Made by a program: the position numbers and the translations under genes. A DNA stretch of 64,000 bases from Asterias rubens (lineage: Eukaryota): contig NC_047063.1 in NCBI RefSeq assembly GCF_902459465.1, positions 4,836,001 to 4,900,000 on the forward strand, given 5' to 3'. Of this stretch, positions 1 through 13,300 are shown in pieces (positions within the stretch are counted from its first letter, which is position 1; every line of letters starts with the position of its first letter). Under the pieces are notes generated by a model. It did not search any database, was not told the DNA's origin, and was given only the letters and a program-made list of their open reading frames with translations.

Positions 1-106
1 AATGTTGCTCGTCTTGATCCACAATTCTTCCTTCCGCTGTTCATCTTCACCGGTTTCTTATCAATCATGTTTTTAGAATACATTTGACGGCTCAACTGGA
101 ATTTTA

Positions 107-600
107 TTAATAATAATAATAATATTTGTTCGGGCAATCACATTTACAAGCACATGTACACACATTAAAAATATTTAAGAAAACAAAGTAAAACAACAGT
201 GGGGTGCCCAGGAGAGCATAAAAGTTTAAAAAAAAACTGTCGCCAAAAGGCGTATGTCTCCTAAAACCCTAAAAATACATTAAGGCAAGAGGGGGCATAT
301 AAAAAAGCACAGAAGATAATACAAAACACTAAACAATTTAAAAAGGCAGACAAGCATAGACATACACAGATAAACACACATAAAATGATATACGTAAAAA
401 AAGCAAGTCTATACATCAAAATGGTTAAAGAGCAATACAACAAAATTCCGATAAGGGGACACATATGAAATGACATTGTAAACAGGCAAGTTACTCTATC
501 TAAGAGCAAAACTGCAGGGGGTGGAACAATTTGAACAATTATAAAAATAATTAAAAAGCATAGAACATGATACAAATCAAGGAACAAAAAAGGCAAACGA
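107..600 (-). mobile_element. Probable LINE 3' UTR ending in an (ATT)n tail
   Basis: Minus strand is T-rich and ends tgtaaat...gaacaaat(att)n; no ORF2 visible. Confidence 0.35.
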
Positions 601-1431
601 GCAAAACATGAACTTTAAAAAGCCAGTCGATACATCAAAATGGTTTTTGAGCTTAGATAAAAATTCCTGTAAGGGGGCACATATGAAATCGTTAACAAGG
701 TCAGTAGGCAAGTTGCTCCAGCCACGAGCAAAACGGCAGGGGATGCCGACTCGTGCATTCATTTGTTCACTCTTGTTTATTCTTTTTAGAACAAACTTCC
801 CACGGCGATCAATGGTCAAATTACAGGAAAATATACAGAGGATACACAACTTAAAAAGAAGATAATAAATGACACAGTTTACAAAAGTGACACATCAAAA
901 TTGGTTTAGGACGTAAAAGATTTGTAATATATTTAAAATATACTTAAAATAAAATTTGTTTGAAAAATACTGAAACCGTTGTCTGTATGAAAATAATTTG
1001 AGGCCTTCAGAAGAAATTAAGAAAACAAACTAAACAGACGCATAAAGAGCCGCATAATTAAATTCAGTTGTTGTTAAAGGCAAGCTCGGTAAACGGCAGT
1101 GAATCTTCTTTTGACCACAGCGAGGGCGTTGTTTTAGTTGACGTCATATCAGGGAGCATTGTTGTGAGCACGATTCAAACATTCGCGACGGTCGATCATG
1201 GACAATCTCTCGGCAGGTTACTGACCTCATGGGAGTCTCATTTACGCCTGGGATGCCTCTGCTTGAAAATACCAGAGGTGAGGTTTAAGTGTTCTGGACG
1301 AATTGGAAACAATCTTCTGAAAAAGGGCAGCTAGGCCAGACCGAACCCCGAATACCGACTGGTTCCTGTCGCAACACAATATCATCCTAGAGTGGACTTT
1401 CTGCGGTTGAATAGTTGCACTACTAAGTTAA

Positions 1432-1802
1432 AGGCACGTTCGATAATTCTCAAAGACCAATATTCTCACTTGGTGTTACCAACATATGCATACAACAACA
1501 AATTTGTGAACATTTTGGCTCAATTGGTATTCAAAGAATGCAAGAGAATTTATGGAAGAAAAAAACACCCTTGTTGCACTACTTTGTGTGCTCTCAGATG
1601 CATAATAAAATACCTCAGATGATGCCTTGTATTTGAGAAATGACCTCTTTGTCAAAAACTACTTCAGAGGGAGTCGTTTCTCACAGTGTTTTACACTATC
1701 CACAGCTCTCCGAGTCCATTGCTCATTACCAAGAAAGTGTATTTTATTATGCTAACTAAACATTTATTTCGAGTAATTACCAACAGTTTCAATACAGTGC
1801 CT
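1432..1802 (+). mobile_element. Kolobok/T2-type MITE family 1, degenerate
   Basis: TTAA|AGGCAC...CAGTGCCT|TTAA with family internal motifs (cttggtg, cttcagagggag). Confidence 0.75.
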
Positions 1803-1903
1803 TTAAACCCGTCTTGTTAAGCTTATCTAAAAGACAAATCGTTGTTGTGACTCGTTATTTTGTTGTAACTGTTTACTTTCAAACTCATCTCAGCATAGTT
1901 TAA

Positions 1904-2230
1904 AGATGCTATGTCTGATATTTGGCCAATGGGGGTCGAGAAAGTTAGAAGCTTTCATTTGAGCCTTTGCTCGAAAAAATCCGCCAATTATTAGTAGCAG
2001 TGAAATAAAGTGCTCAAAATTAGTTTTTGTCGGGATCCCGACAATATATCACGTGACCAATTTTTATGTGTTTTATAAGAAACGTTTTAAATTTTTGTCA
2101 TGGTTCCTGACCATTAAAAGTAAAAGTTAAACTGTTTTTCCTTAGAGCGGGTGATACTCTTTGAAATACCATTCACTCCAAAAAAAATCAATTTTTTAAT
2201 GTTTGGGGCCAAAAATCTGACATAGCATCT
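1904..2230. mobile_element. Kolobok-type MITE family 3
   Basis: TTAA|AGATGCTATGTCTGATATTTGGCC...GGCCAAAAATCTGACATAGCATCT|TTAA. Confidence 0.85.
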
Positions 2231-2497
2231 TTAACGTGCAGTTAGTAGATAGACATCCCACTCTTGCCACTTCTTCGGATTGGAAGTCATCTATTAACGT
2301 AGATGATAAATTACATCTTCGGGGAATGTTGATATCTTACGAATGTTTCCTGTCACTTGTCTTGATCTGGCGGCTGCCAAAGTGCAACCCTCTTCCCTCT
2401 ACAAGGGTCATGTCATCTTTATCTCCGTGAAAGAAATGACATATGTCATAAACTTGGGATGGTTTATATGATTTGAGGCATTTCATGGTGAGGTATT

Positions 2498-2771
2498 TGG
2501 TTTGCGGTAGCACCATGTGTGTATCTACTTGCCCGGTAGCTGTATGTTCTACTACCGTGGAGTAGATTTATCGGATTGTTCGGGAGACTTCTAAGCTCTT
2601 TTAAAAAACTGTCCTGCTTTTTAACTACTACCTTGGTGGTATAGGTAAAGCAAAATTGGCTTGGACTACTACTTCAGCTTTTTTGATCGTTATTATCTGC
2701 ACTGCTGCGGAGTGAGTTGTTAAATTGGTCTCAACGTTTCGACTAGCTTGCTCTAGTCATCGTCATGAGAC
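2498..2771 (-). mobile_element. Penelope-like pLTR-derived repeat
   Basis: Colinear with 55722-55989; hammerhead-type motif at its right end. Confidence 0.7.
2728..2771 (-). ncRNA. Minimal type I hammerhead ribozyme motif (C3>A mutant)
   Basis: gtctc-ATGACGA-t-gactag/agcaag/ctagtc-GAAAC-GTT-gagac; helix I, helix II and palindromic minimal helix III intact. Confidence 0.65.
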
Positions 2772-2901
2772 TTGGGATAGTTGTAAATACTTTGCCTGGT
2801 TGCTATCAATGTCAAGTGGGGACAGGGGTGATTGAACTATAATGTTTTGATGTTCGTTAGTTCCTTGGTTACACGGTTTGCTTTCTTCGACAGTCTCTTA
2901 A

Positions 2902-3279
2902 AGACAGTGGACACTATTGGTAATTGTCAAAGACTAGCCTTCACAGTTTATGTTTCTCAACATGTGCATAAAATAACAAACTTGTGCAAATTTGAGCTCA
3001 ATCGGTCATCGAACTTGCGAGATAATAATAAAAGAAAAAACACCCTTGTCAAACGAAGTTGTGTGCGTTTAGATATTTGATTTCGAGACCTCAAGTTCTA
3101 AACCTGAGGTCTCGAAATCAAATTCGTGGAAAATTACTTCTTTCTCGAAAACTATGGCACTTCAGAGGGAGCCGTTTCTCACAATGTTTTATACCATCAA
3201 CCTCTTCCCATTACTCGTCACCAAGAAAGGTTTTATGCTAATTAATATTTTGAGTAATTACCAATAGTGTCCACTGCCT
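2902..3279 (+). mobile_element. Kolobok/T2-type MITE family 1, full length
   Basis: TTAA on both sides; TIR AG(A/G)CAGTGGACACTATTGGTAATT; 378 bp; central hairpin. TTAA plus RR termini is the Kolobok signature. Confidence 0.95.
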
Positions 3280-4176
3280 TTAAGCATGACAGCCATTATC
3301 ATATGAGCGGCAAACATGGAAAAGCTTGAAATGGGTTTTCTACATCATTGACCGCCATTGCATGCATGCTGTGCAACTGCTGTGAGAAATATTAGCAAGA
3401 GTAAACGCGCTGAAACATGACATCATGGTATTGCTTGTGACATAACAGTGTTTGACTGTCATTAGGTTTTTTTTTCATAGTGCAATCATTCCGATCATTG
3501 AGTCTTTAAGACCAGTTCAAGAAACTCAACCGCGATTAAAGATGCAGTTTATTTTAATTGTCTAGTTTTCAAACAAGACACAGTAGAGCAAACCTGTCAA
3601 ATTTTCATTGAATCGAGTTTTCCTGATATAAGTTTTTTAAACAACTGATAATGGACAGTGTTCATGTTTTTTGTTTGTTTGTTTTTTGCACTTTCACATA
3701 GTCTTCGACTGCGGCAACTGATATTATTGGTGAGGGGTTGAAATTGTTCGTTTTAAAGCTAGCCGACCGGAACTACATCTCTTCAGATAATTTGAACTGT
3801 TGTGAAATGTTTGAACTTAAGGCTTAAAGGCTGAAACTAAACACTGTTCTTTTGATCCAACTTTGGCATGACTACGCAATCAAACCGAGGACTTTAACAA
3901 AAGGGATCCGGGAAAACAAATGTCCTATCGAGGACGTCCTCGCTTTGCTTTTTCCTGTACAATGGGGAAATCACTAAAATGTCAAAACAATGGGAGATCA
4001 AAGGGGTGCTCTCGGTCCACACCATTTGTAAATCCGTGTTTGTGTTTTAACGTTACATACGAAATGTGGACCTAAGAATAAAAGAGGTCCACGTGATGTA
4101 GGCGGGACTTTGAAAATGGACTTACACACGTCTGCACAGTGTTATTTACAGTGTTGAAGAATAGGAGTTTCCTTAG

Positions 4177-4546
4177 AGACACTGGACACCTTTGGTAATT
4201 GTCAAAGGCCAGTCTTCTCACTTGGTGTATCTCAACAATGCGCATATTAACAAACCTGTGAAAATTTGAACTCAATTGGTCGTCGAAGTTGCAAGATAAT
4301 AATGAAAGAAAAAAACACCCTTAATTGTCGCACGAAGTTGTGCGCTTTCAGATGCTTGATTTCGAGACCTCAAATCATAATTCTGAGGTCTCGAAATCAA
4401 ATTCGTGGAAAATTACTTCCCTCGAAAACTACGTCACTTCACAGGGAGCCGTTTCTCATAGTGTTTTGTACTATCCACCATTACTCGTTGCCAAGTAAAC
4501 TTTATGCTAATAATTATTTTTAGTATAAACCAATAGTGTCCTGCAT
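4177..4546 (+). mobile_element. Kolobok MITE family 1
   Basis: AGACACTGGACAC start and family body; flanked by TTAG on both sides. Confidence 0.85.
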
Positions 4547-4992
4547 TTAGGTGTCAGAGCATATTGTCCACACAGTGACAGTAAGTGTGCTGTGTGTGTT
4601 TTTGAAGAAGACTAAACGCCTCGGTGTGTTTTATTTTATTTTCATCCTATAATTGTTGATGGACGTGTATGAATTGCGGTTACAGGGGTACTCCTCGGGC
4701 TATCAGTTAGTTCCGTGGAAAAAGCATGCCTTGTTGAGCAAATTGTTAGATTGTGAAATTGTGTTCCGTATATACGTCACCCTTTCTCCGGAGCTTTCGT
4801 TAGTAGTCGATAACGTGCTGTATATACAAACATAATAATATTGAAGTCTTATATAGCGCACGTATCTACCAAACAAGGTACTCAAGGCGCTGAGTATATA
4901 CAAACTTTCAGAAGGATAGGTTATTGCAGTGATGAATTTTGAGACCCAATTAGTTAGCACCTTATAAGGGTTTACAAGGTGTTTTTGCGCAC

Positions 4993-5098
4993 TAAGCAGC
5001 CACAGCCAGGAACACTGGGCCAAACCCCTTCTCTTTTTGATAAGTGCACTGGGTTCTTTTACATGCGTTACACAACACATGGGACCAACGGCTTTACG
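4993..5098 (-). mobile_element. 3' fragment of the same SINE
   Basis: gcactgggttcttttacatgcgttacacaacacatgggaccaacggctttacg matches ~19790-19842. Confidence 0.7.
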
Positions 5099-5135
5099 AG
5101 TGTATTTATTTTAGTCAGAACAATAACGTCATTAA

Positions 5136-5485
5136 AGCGATCGCACAACATCGGTAAACAGTATTGTCCAAAGGCCCACACTTGGTGTATCACAACTTAT
5201 ATATAACATTTAGGCTCAATCGGTCATCGGAGTCGGGAGAAAATAACGAAAAAACCCACCCTTGTTTCCGCACGTTTCGCCGTGTCATGACATGTGTTTA
5301 AAATAAATCCGTTATTCTCGATATCGAGAATTGATATTGTTTTAACGTTTTCTCAAAAAGTAAAGCATTTCGTGGAATAATATTTCAAGAGGAGTCTATC
5401 ACCATTGCCTTCTGTTAACGCTGTAAGTCATTTGTAAATCTGTGAACTGTTAATTTTTGTTCTGTTCAGAAAGTGTCTGATGGCT
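5136..5485 (+). mobile_element. Kolobok-type MITE family 2
   Basis: TTAA|AGCGATCG...CTGATGGCT|TTAA; 350 bp; short imperfect TIR; three copies in the window. Confidence 0.85.
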
Positions 5486-7087
5486 TTAAGGGTTTAACGG
5501 GTCAGGGTTGAAAAGACTGTCTCGAATTGCTAATAAAGTGATGCAAACCCAACGTGTGAAATAAGCTTAAAGCATTTCTTTATTTGTAGTGATTACTTTT
5601 TGACATTGGATTATAGTCGTTTGATGATGTGTATTATGAAATGATTTGTAGCCGTTTTTGTGTTTGAAACTTATTTTGAAAACATTATTGATGGGGTTCG
5701 GCGCGGGCTTCGGGCTCAGGAATCTTTATTTCCCTGTGGTTGTGTTAGTTTCCGAGGTATTGCTCGTCGGTGACCGAAGCTTGACGCATGGGATCAATAT
5801 CCGTGGATCGATGTTCCAGTTTGCAATGATACCCCTCAATAAAATAAAATCAATTAACAATTGAGTGTACTATAAAAAAAAAACAAGTACACGTGGTGGG
5901 AAAAGCATAATCAAATTGCCCAGAAATGATCAAATAAGACTGAACAATTCCCAGCGATTAAAAAGAAATTACACAGCCATAAATATAGATCAAACACTGT
6001 TTTCAGTATCGTAGGACAAGATGTTTCGAGTACGGTTTCCTTTGTTGCATTTTCCCTGGTACCCGTTATAGAATGAACCACTTTGCTGAGATTGAAATGA
6101 CTATTTGTGACAATGGGGTTAAAAGGTTTGTATTTTTAGCATTCGATGAACTCAATTGGTCCATGAATGTTGAAGGATTGTTGTGAAAGCGACACTTTTG
6201 CCACACGCGATGTTCATGTTATTTGTCTTTTTTTTCTTCTCACACTCTCAAGAGAGAAATCTGAGAAGATTTTCTGTCTGTGGAATTTTATTTATTTAAC
6301 GGTCCGGGTAATTTAGGACATTTCTGTTTTTAGAGTAGTATAGTGATTCATTTGTCGATTACAAAAGTATGCATTTCAAATCAGTTCGTTTCCTCCATAA
6401 AATTAAACTTCAAGTTTGTATCAGCAGTGTGCATTGCAGGAGGAAAACAAAATAACGAGGTTGATTTCATTTTCTTGTGATGTTCAGGAAATTGTGAAAT
6501 GGTGCAGAATAATTTCATCTGCCGCCCGGGGCCTCTTCGTCTTCAGTAGAACATAGCATACTAAAATGTCGGCCGCACTGACTCAAAAGAACAACAATTA
6601 TTTCCTATCAAATTTGCTCGAATAAATTGCGAGTGATTTTTACAATTTAAAAACAATTTGCTGCATGCGGTCCTTTGAAATTGAGCATGAGAATAATAAT
6701 AACAGTTCTTAACATTAATGGCAGATTGATGTCCAATGAGTGAAACATTGTCAACTAAAATAATTTAAGGGAATACACCCAAACTGCAATCGCTGCTAAA
6801 TATCAGAACTCGACTTTTCCCGTCCTTTTCGACAAATGAGCGGCCAATTTAACTTATATGCATCCGTAATTCAAGTGATTTTGACTCTTCATTTGAAAGC
6901 GTCCATCATTTCCAGTTTGAAGCATGCAAATGTCCATATCGATCTTTTCAATTAAGCTTAAAGACGTTCTCTTTAACCTGTAGCGAAATTGCCATTAATT
7001 GTTAGCAAAATACATTTGGCTGAACTTAGGGGAAACAAATTTCAAGCCTTACGTGTCATTGTAAGTGAGACCATTGTGTTTTCTTAA

Positions 7088-7453
7088 AGCAGTGGATACT
7101 ATTGGTACATACTCCAAATAACTAATTAATAGCATACAACCGTACTTGGTAACGAGTAATGGGGAGAGGTTGATAGTATAAAACATTGTGAGAAACGGCT
7201 CCCTCTGAAGTGACATAGTTTTCGAGAACGAAGTAATGTTCCACGAATTTGATATTGAGACCTCAGATTTAGAATTTGAGGTCTCGAAATCAAGCATCTG
7301 AAAGCACACAACGTTGTGTGACAAGCGTGTTTTTTCTTCCATTTTTATCTCGCAACTTCGACGACCAATTGAGCTAAAATTGTCACAGGTTTGTTATTTA
7401 ATGCATATGTTAAGATACTGGTCTTTGACAATTACCAATAGTGTCCAGTGTCT
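7088..7453 (-). mobile_element. Kolobok MITE family 1
   Basis: Reverse copy with TTAA flanks at 7084 and 7454. Confidence 0.9.
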
Positions 7454-8547
7454 TTAACCATCTGTGTGTGTCAGGTGTCTGGGCATGTTGCTGTGGTATA
7501 TATCACCACATTATTCTGTTGTTTGAAGTTGTACTTAAGCCAGACAAGTGATTTTCAGGCAATAGTTGAACCATAAGCAGCACAAAATCATAAATGACTT
7601 TCCGAAACTCGAAGACGAATTCGATGACCAAAATGCACAACTCGATATGCGTCTAGTATGGCACCCTGTCTGCAATCGCGGCGGTTTTTTTGTTTTGACA
7701 ACTGATATGTAAGTTTGGATGCTTCAGCAAATAGGCGTGTTGTGTCATTGGCTCAAGGTCTGACCCACAATGCATTAGCAAGTCAGGTTTCAGGTCAGGT
7801 TTATTTTCCATACCATTTATACATGTACTGTACAATGTAAGGGAAAACTAATTATAGAACTTAATAACAGTATGGGGACGTCGCAGACAGAAAGCCTAGG
7901 ATTGTACAGGGTGTGCCCCATACAAAAAGAATACATATAACAGAATACATAAATAATCATGAGTTTTGAAAATAGATAAATAAGCAATATTCAATATGTA
8001 GTTTATTTACTGAATAATATAATTTAATAATTATTCATAATTAGTCAATAAATGAAATTTAAAAGAAAAATAACCATCTATAACCTTAACAATTTAATAT
8101 TGAGTCATTATGTCAATTTAAGTTCATAAAGCTGCTAGTTATCGTTAACTATATTAAGAAGAAGTTGCTTTTCGCAGTAATGTATAACCTACCTCCATGG
8201 TATAACTACCGTGTATATATCCTTGTATGGATCCTTGCTAGTTATGTCTTTGGTTCAAGGTGTAAGCTGACCCATAGTGTAAGTAAACTGGTCAGGGACT
8301 TTCGCAGATACCTCAAATAGCGTGGGCCTGTCAGGTATATTGGTTCAATGTTTAACCTAGCAGACTCAACACGTAACCCAGTCTAGTAATTTATTACTAC
8401 CGATATACCCCCATTGCCTCAAGGTGTAAACTGACCCATAATGTAAGCTGGTCTATAGCCTTGGTGTAGGCTCAAAGCTCAAAACTCAACGACAAGTTAT
8501 ATCGTAGCTTAAACCAGTCTGGTAATTTATCCCCACTTGTTATTTAA

Positions 8548-8910
8548 AGGCAGTGGACACTATTGGTAATTACTCAACATAATTATTGGCATAAAACCTT
8601 ACTTGGTAACGAGTAATGGGGAGAGGTTGATAGTATAAAACATTGTGAGAAATATCTCCCTCTGAAGTGACGTAGTTTTCGAGAATGAAGTAATTTGCCA
8701 CGAGTTTGATTTTGAGACCTCAGATTAAGAAATCTAGCATCTGAAAGCCACAACTTTGTGTGACAAGGGTGGTTTTTTTTCCATTATTATCTCGCAATTT
8801 CGATTACCGATTGAGCTTAAATTTTCACAGGTTGCTAATTTTGTGCATATGTTGAGATACAGCAAGTGAGAAGACTGGTCTTTGACAATTAACAATAGTG
8901 TCCACTGCCT
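8548..8910 (-). mobile_element. Kolobok MITE family 1
   Basis: TTAA|AGGCAGTGGACAC...GTGTCCACTGCCT|TTAA. Confidence 0.92.
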
Positions 8911-9151
8911 TTAATTTTAAGTGTAAATCTATAATGTAAACCAGTCTATGGTGACTGATATACAGCCTGTTGTGTGTTTGCTCTGAATTTGTAAACCCAC
9001 TCATAATATATACAAGGTGATATAATGACTTAGACATTTCGTAAAACTTGGCCAAATTTAAGCCTTGCTATTCAATACTGTATTGCCAAACTGTAAACCC
9101 AGCCCATTCTTGAAACTGATCTATATTAATTCATTGGATACGTGGATACTT

Positions 9152-9377
9152 CACTCATTAAATTTCCGGGTCAGAGATAACCCCGATCCGGGTCTCATGG
9201 GGCCTGACTATGTTCTGGATCAGTTTGACCCGGAATCTGTATAGTAATAATATATCAGTAATGGGTCAAACTGACCCTGAAACCTAGTTAAAAACCAAGT
9301 GTTAAACCATTTTCCGGGTCAGCCCTGTCCCGGAATTGGGTCAGGTTCACTCGCATAGTGGTTTGTTTTATAAGTGT
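9152..9377. repeat. GGGTCA/TGACCC-rich interspersed element; relatives at ~22150-22212 and ~22755-23030
   Basis: Repeated ttccgggtcag and tcagtttgacccgga motifs shared between the loci. Confidence 0.55.
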
Positions 9378-11214
9378 TCTTACATACCCAAGCAAAGGTA
9401 TTGAATATGTTTACTCCAATGTTTCATAAGATACAAAATTCAAGCGGTTACATTTGTACAGGCACAGCTCGCATATCGTCATATGTTATCATAACAAAAG
9501 GAAGTACTCTCGAATCTTAAGGCTTCAAAATCACACTAGAATTGTTTAGTCCTCTCTCCGCGTCACAGCGTAATTAGTTCAATGTCATGGTTATGCATTT
9601 ATTAGATATGCCTAGCTCTAAAACCTTTGGTCCAGCGGTCAGTTTAATTGGGCCCCTTGTGTTCTCATAACATGGTTACCAACCACGATAAAAATTTCAC
9701 TCTCAACTAAAAGCATCTGAGAGCTTGGCACTCGCCGACGCAGATAGGATTATAAACTCAGCCAAAAGTATCAAACTTGGGAGTGATAACTGGATTGGTG
9801 TGGGGACATGTAGCTATGATTTCTGACAGGCGGATATATATAGATACTAACTAATGCTTGCTGGCATGTCTACCATGGGATAACTATATATAGCCGTTTC
9901 TCTCTCGTGTAAACTTATTAAATGTTACCCTTCCATACACGAATACAGCAAATCCGATTTGGAACCAATCGTATAAAAAGATTATTAAAATGATCAGACA
10001 GGCAAAGAATCAACAAAACTGAACTTCTATTCCTTTAATTTTATTTTGTGTGCACCTGAAGTGACCTTTAATAGAAAGAACATTTGGTGCGCAAATGAAA
10101 ACAATGGGGTTCATTGTTGTCAGGACAACGGGTTGAGCAAGGGAGGGCTAAGATTAGAGGTCATTGTGCACCTGTTTTAACACTGCGTATGAAGTGTGGA
10201 CCTGGGAACGAAACATGTCTACGTAGTGTATGGACTTGAAACACTATGTGGACTTTCACACGTCCACACAGTGTGTTTTACTGTGTTGAAGATAAGGATT
10301 GTTGTTAAGTGCAAAGAGCAAAGAAATTTCGACAGAGTGACTGAGTGCAACACCGTGTGCCTACGGAAGTGCCATTGCGGGGGTCTTTTACATAGTAGAA
10401 CCACGGACCCCACAAGGGAATTTAATTTGCTCCACCTGGACCCTACAAGGGAATTCATAAGAAAGGGGAAGAATAAAATGATAACCGAACCCCACAAACT
10501 GGATTAGTAAGGTTGTGTGTGACTGCACGTTGGGGCAATATGAAGTGTGGACTTGAGAACAAAGGAAGTCCACACAGTAGGGACTTGAAACACTATTTTG
10601 TTTTACAGAGTTAACGATTTTGGTGGGATTTGTTAGTGCATATAATTGTTTTTAGATCTCCACAGTGTGTATGCTACATATAGTCCATGTGTGTCCTCTT
10701 GTTTAGAGGTTTACACTCACAAACAACAGCCGTGCGGTTCTCGGTAGATCTTCCTAATGAAGCAAGTATCCTTTTGTACCAATACAATAAATATTAATAT
10801 TAAGCTTGCTGTGTTTTCATTGATATGGTTGAGTTTCCAAACAAACCACTTGTTTTTATTTGTTTTATTGACAAAAAAATGTTGTTGATCTGAAGATGTT
10901 TTTTATATGGCTTTTGTTATAAGCTATCCCTGCTTTGGCCAATCTCTGCGTTTCCCTGTGGAAATTGAAAATTCCCGAGTGAGCAGCACTTGTTTTCTTC
11001 AACTTTCTATTCTTATCGCTAATTAAGTTCTGTGCACAATGACAACTTGTCGTTGACAAATTCACTATGTTTAGAGTGACTATAGGCCTGCAAAGTTTGC
11101 TTGTTTTTCAAATTTGCAAAGTACATATGACTTTATACTTCACAATGGAGAGAGACGGCTTATATGAGGGCTCTGGTGTTGTATAAAGCTGGTTGAATCC
11201 TCATTGGGCATTAA

Positions 11215-11681
11215 ATGGCGCTGTACACTATAGTAGTCAATATACAAAATAATTGTTAGCATAAAAACTTACTTGGTAACGAGCAGTGTAGAACTGTTGA
11301 TAGTATAAAACAACATGAACAACGGCTCCCTCTGAAGTAACGTTGTTATGGGGAAAGAGGTAATTTCTCACTCAAATGTTAAAAGTCTTCGGGCCGGAAG
11401 TCTTTTTAGGCATCTGTAAACACACCAAATTGTGGGTGTTTTTTCTTTCATTATTCTCTTGCAACTTCGATGACCACACGAGTCTAATTTTTCACCGAGT
11501 TGTTAATTGATTTATTTTATTGATCTTGATGACTTCTTTAGTAAGAAGCACTGAAGCTGTTCACACTTCGATGACGAATTGAGTCAATTTTCACAGACTT
11601 GTTATTTTTAAGGATAATGTTGGGACACACCAAGTGATGAGAACACTGGTTTTTGACAATTACCAAAGGTGTCCAGTGCCT
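11215..11681 (-). mobile_element. Kolobok MITE family 1, old subfamily with an internal duplication
   Basis: TTAA flanks; the cttcgatgac...gagtc..ttttcac block occurs twice (~11461 and ~11566). Confidence 0.75.
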
Positions 11682-12342
11682 TTAATATGAAGTTGTTGTA
11701 AATATAAGAAGTAAACAGCAAACAAATTTTACCGTCCGCTTCAAGAGATACTCTGGGCTCAATTTCACAAAGCACTGAAGATGCATCTTAAGGTGTGTTG
11801 ACGATGTTATTGCCATGGTGATTTATATTGATAAGATAACAGCACTCTTGTCTCTTTGTGAAACCGGCTACTCGTCTCTAGCAAAGCACTCTGGAATTGT
11901 TTTTTTACAACAGGCATATAGTTTTGTTTGTGCCTTATAAATGAGTTTGAATTTGCTTTGAGTTTGTCATGCAACGTATAAGAATCCACCATCTGATTGG
12001 ACCCACAATATTTTGCACTCAACAGCACATCTGGTGACAAAATCGCAATTGAAATCTTACACTTTTCCTTTCAATTCATGAGTTAAAAAATAAAATAAAA
12101 AAATAAGTCATCATAATAACGACATAACAAAATATAAACAGCAAGTTACACAATACGTTTCAAAGACAGGCCAATGTAACACCTAATGGTTTACAAAACT
12201 AAATGACGGTGTATGTTGTAGTTTTCCAAATGTCGTTGTAGAAACATGATCATCTGTAAGCCGCGTCACAACAAGGAAAATGAAATTAAACAGCGCTATT
12301 CTTTTATCGGGATTTAAGAACGTTTGGTATAAATACTCTTAA

Positions 12343-12720
12343 AGGCAGTGGACACTATTGGTAATTGTCAAAGACTAGCCTTCACAGTTGGTGTATCTCA
12401 ACATATGCATAAAATAACTAACCTGTGAACATTTGAGCGCAATCGGTCATCGAAGTTGCGAGATAACAATGAAAGAAAAAACACCCTAGTCACACGAAAT
12501 TGTGTGCTTTCTGATGCTTGGTTTTGAGACCTCAAATTCTAATATTGAGGTCTCGAAATCAAATTCGTGGAAAATTACTTCTTTCTCGAAAACTATGGCA
12601 CTTCAGAGGGAGCCGTTTCTCATAATGCTTTATCCCATCAACCTCTCCCCATTACTCGTCACCAAGAAAGGTTTTATGCCAATAATTATTTGGAGTAATT
12701 ACCAATAGTGTCCACTGCCT
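12343..12720 (+). mobile_element. Kolobok MITE family 1, full length
   Basis: Perfect TIRs and TTAA TSD; 378 bp. Confidence 0.95.
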
Positions 12721-12948
12721 TTAAAAATTAATGACATGAACATTTTACTTTCGAAGTGTAGCAGATTTCGATATGTATAAATCATTCCGAGAACCATTTC
12801 ACTTCGGAGTAATGTGGAAAAGTAACAATAAAAACATCAGTTTTTATCCCCCCCAAAAAACTGAATCTGAGAAACGTTTTGTCAGGTTGTGTATCCCAGT
12901 TATGGATTATTCCTCCTGCATTTGTTCAAAAACGCTAACACGTTTTAA

Positions 12949-13300
12949 AGCAATATCGCACAACATCGGTAAATAGTGTTGTCCAATAGCCCACACTTCG
13001 GGTATCACAACTTATATATAAAATAACAAACCTGTGAAAATGTAGGCTCAATCGGTCATCGGAGTCGGGAGAAAATAACGGGAAAACCCACCCTTGTTTC
13101 CGCCCGTGTGTTTAAAATAAATCCGTTATTCTCTATACCGAGAATTGATAATTGTTTTAATGTTTTCTCAAAAAGTAAAGCATTTCATGGAATAATATTT
13201 CAAGCGAAGTCTATCACCATTACCTTTTATAAACCCTGTAAGTTGTTTGTAAATCTGTGCACTTTTAATTTTTGTTCTGTTCCGAAAGTGTCCAACGGCT
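12949..13300 (+). mobile_element. Kolobok-type MITE family 2
   Basis: Colinear with 5136-5485; TTAA/TTGA flanks. Confidence 0.85.

Noticed and set aside
261-596. Hydrophobic 111-aa ORF
   Set aside because: A product of T-rich low-complexity sequence on the minus strand.
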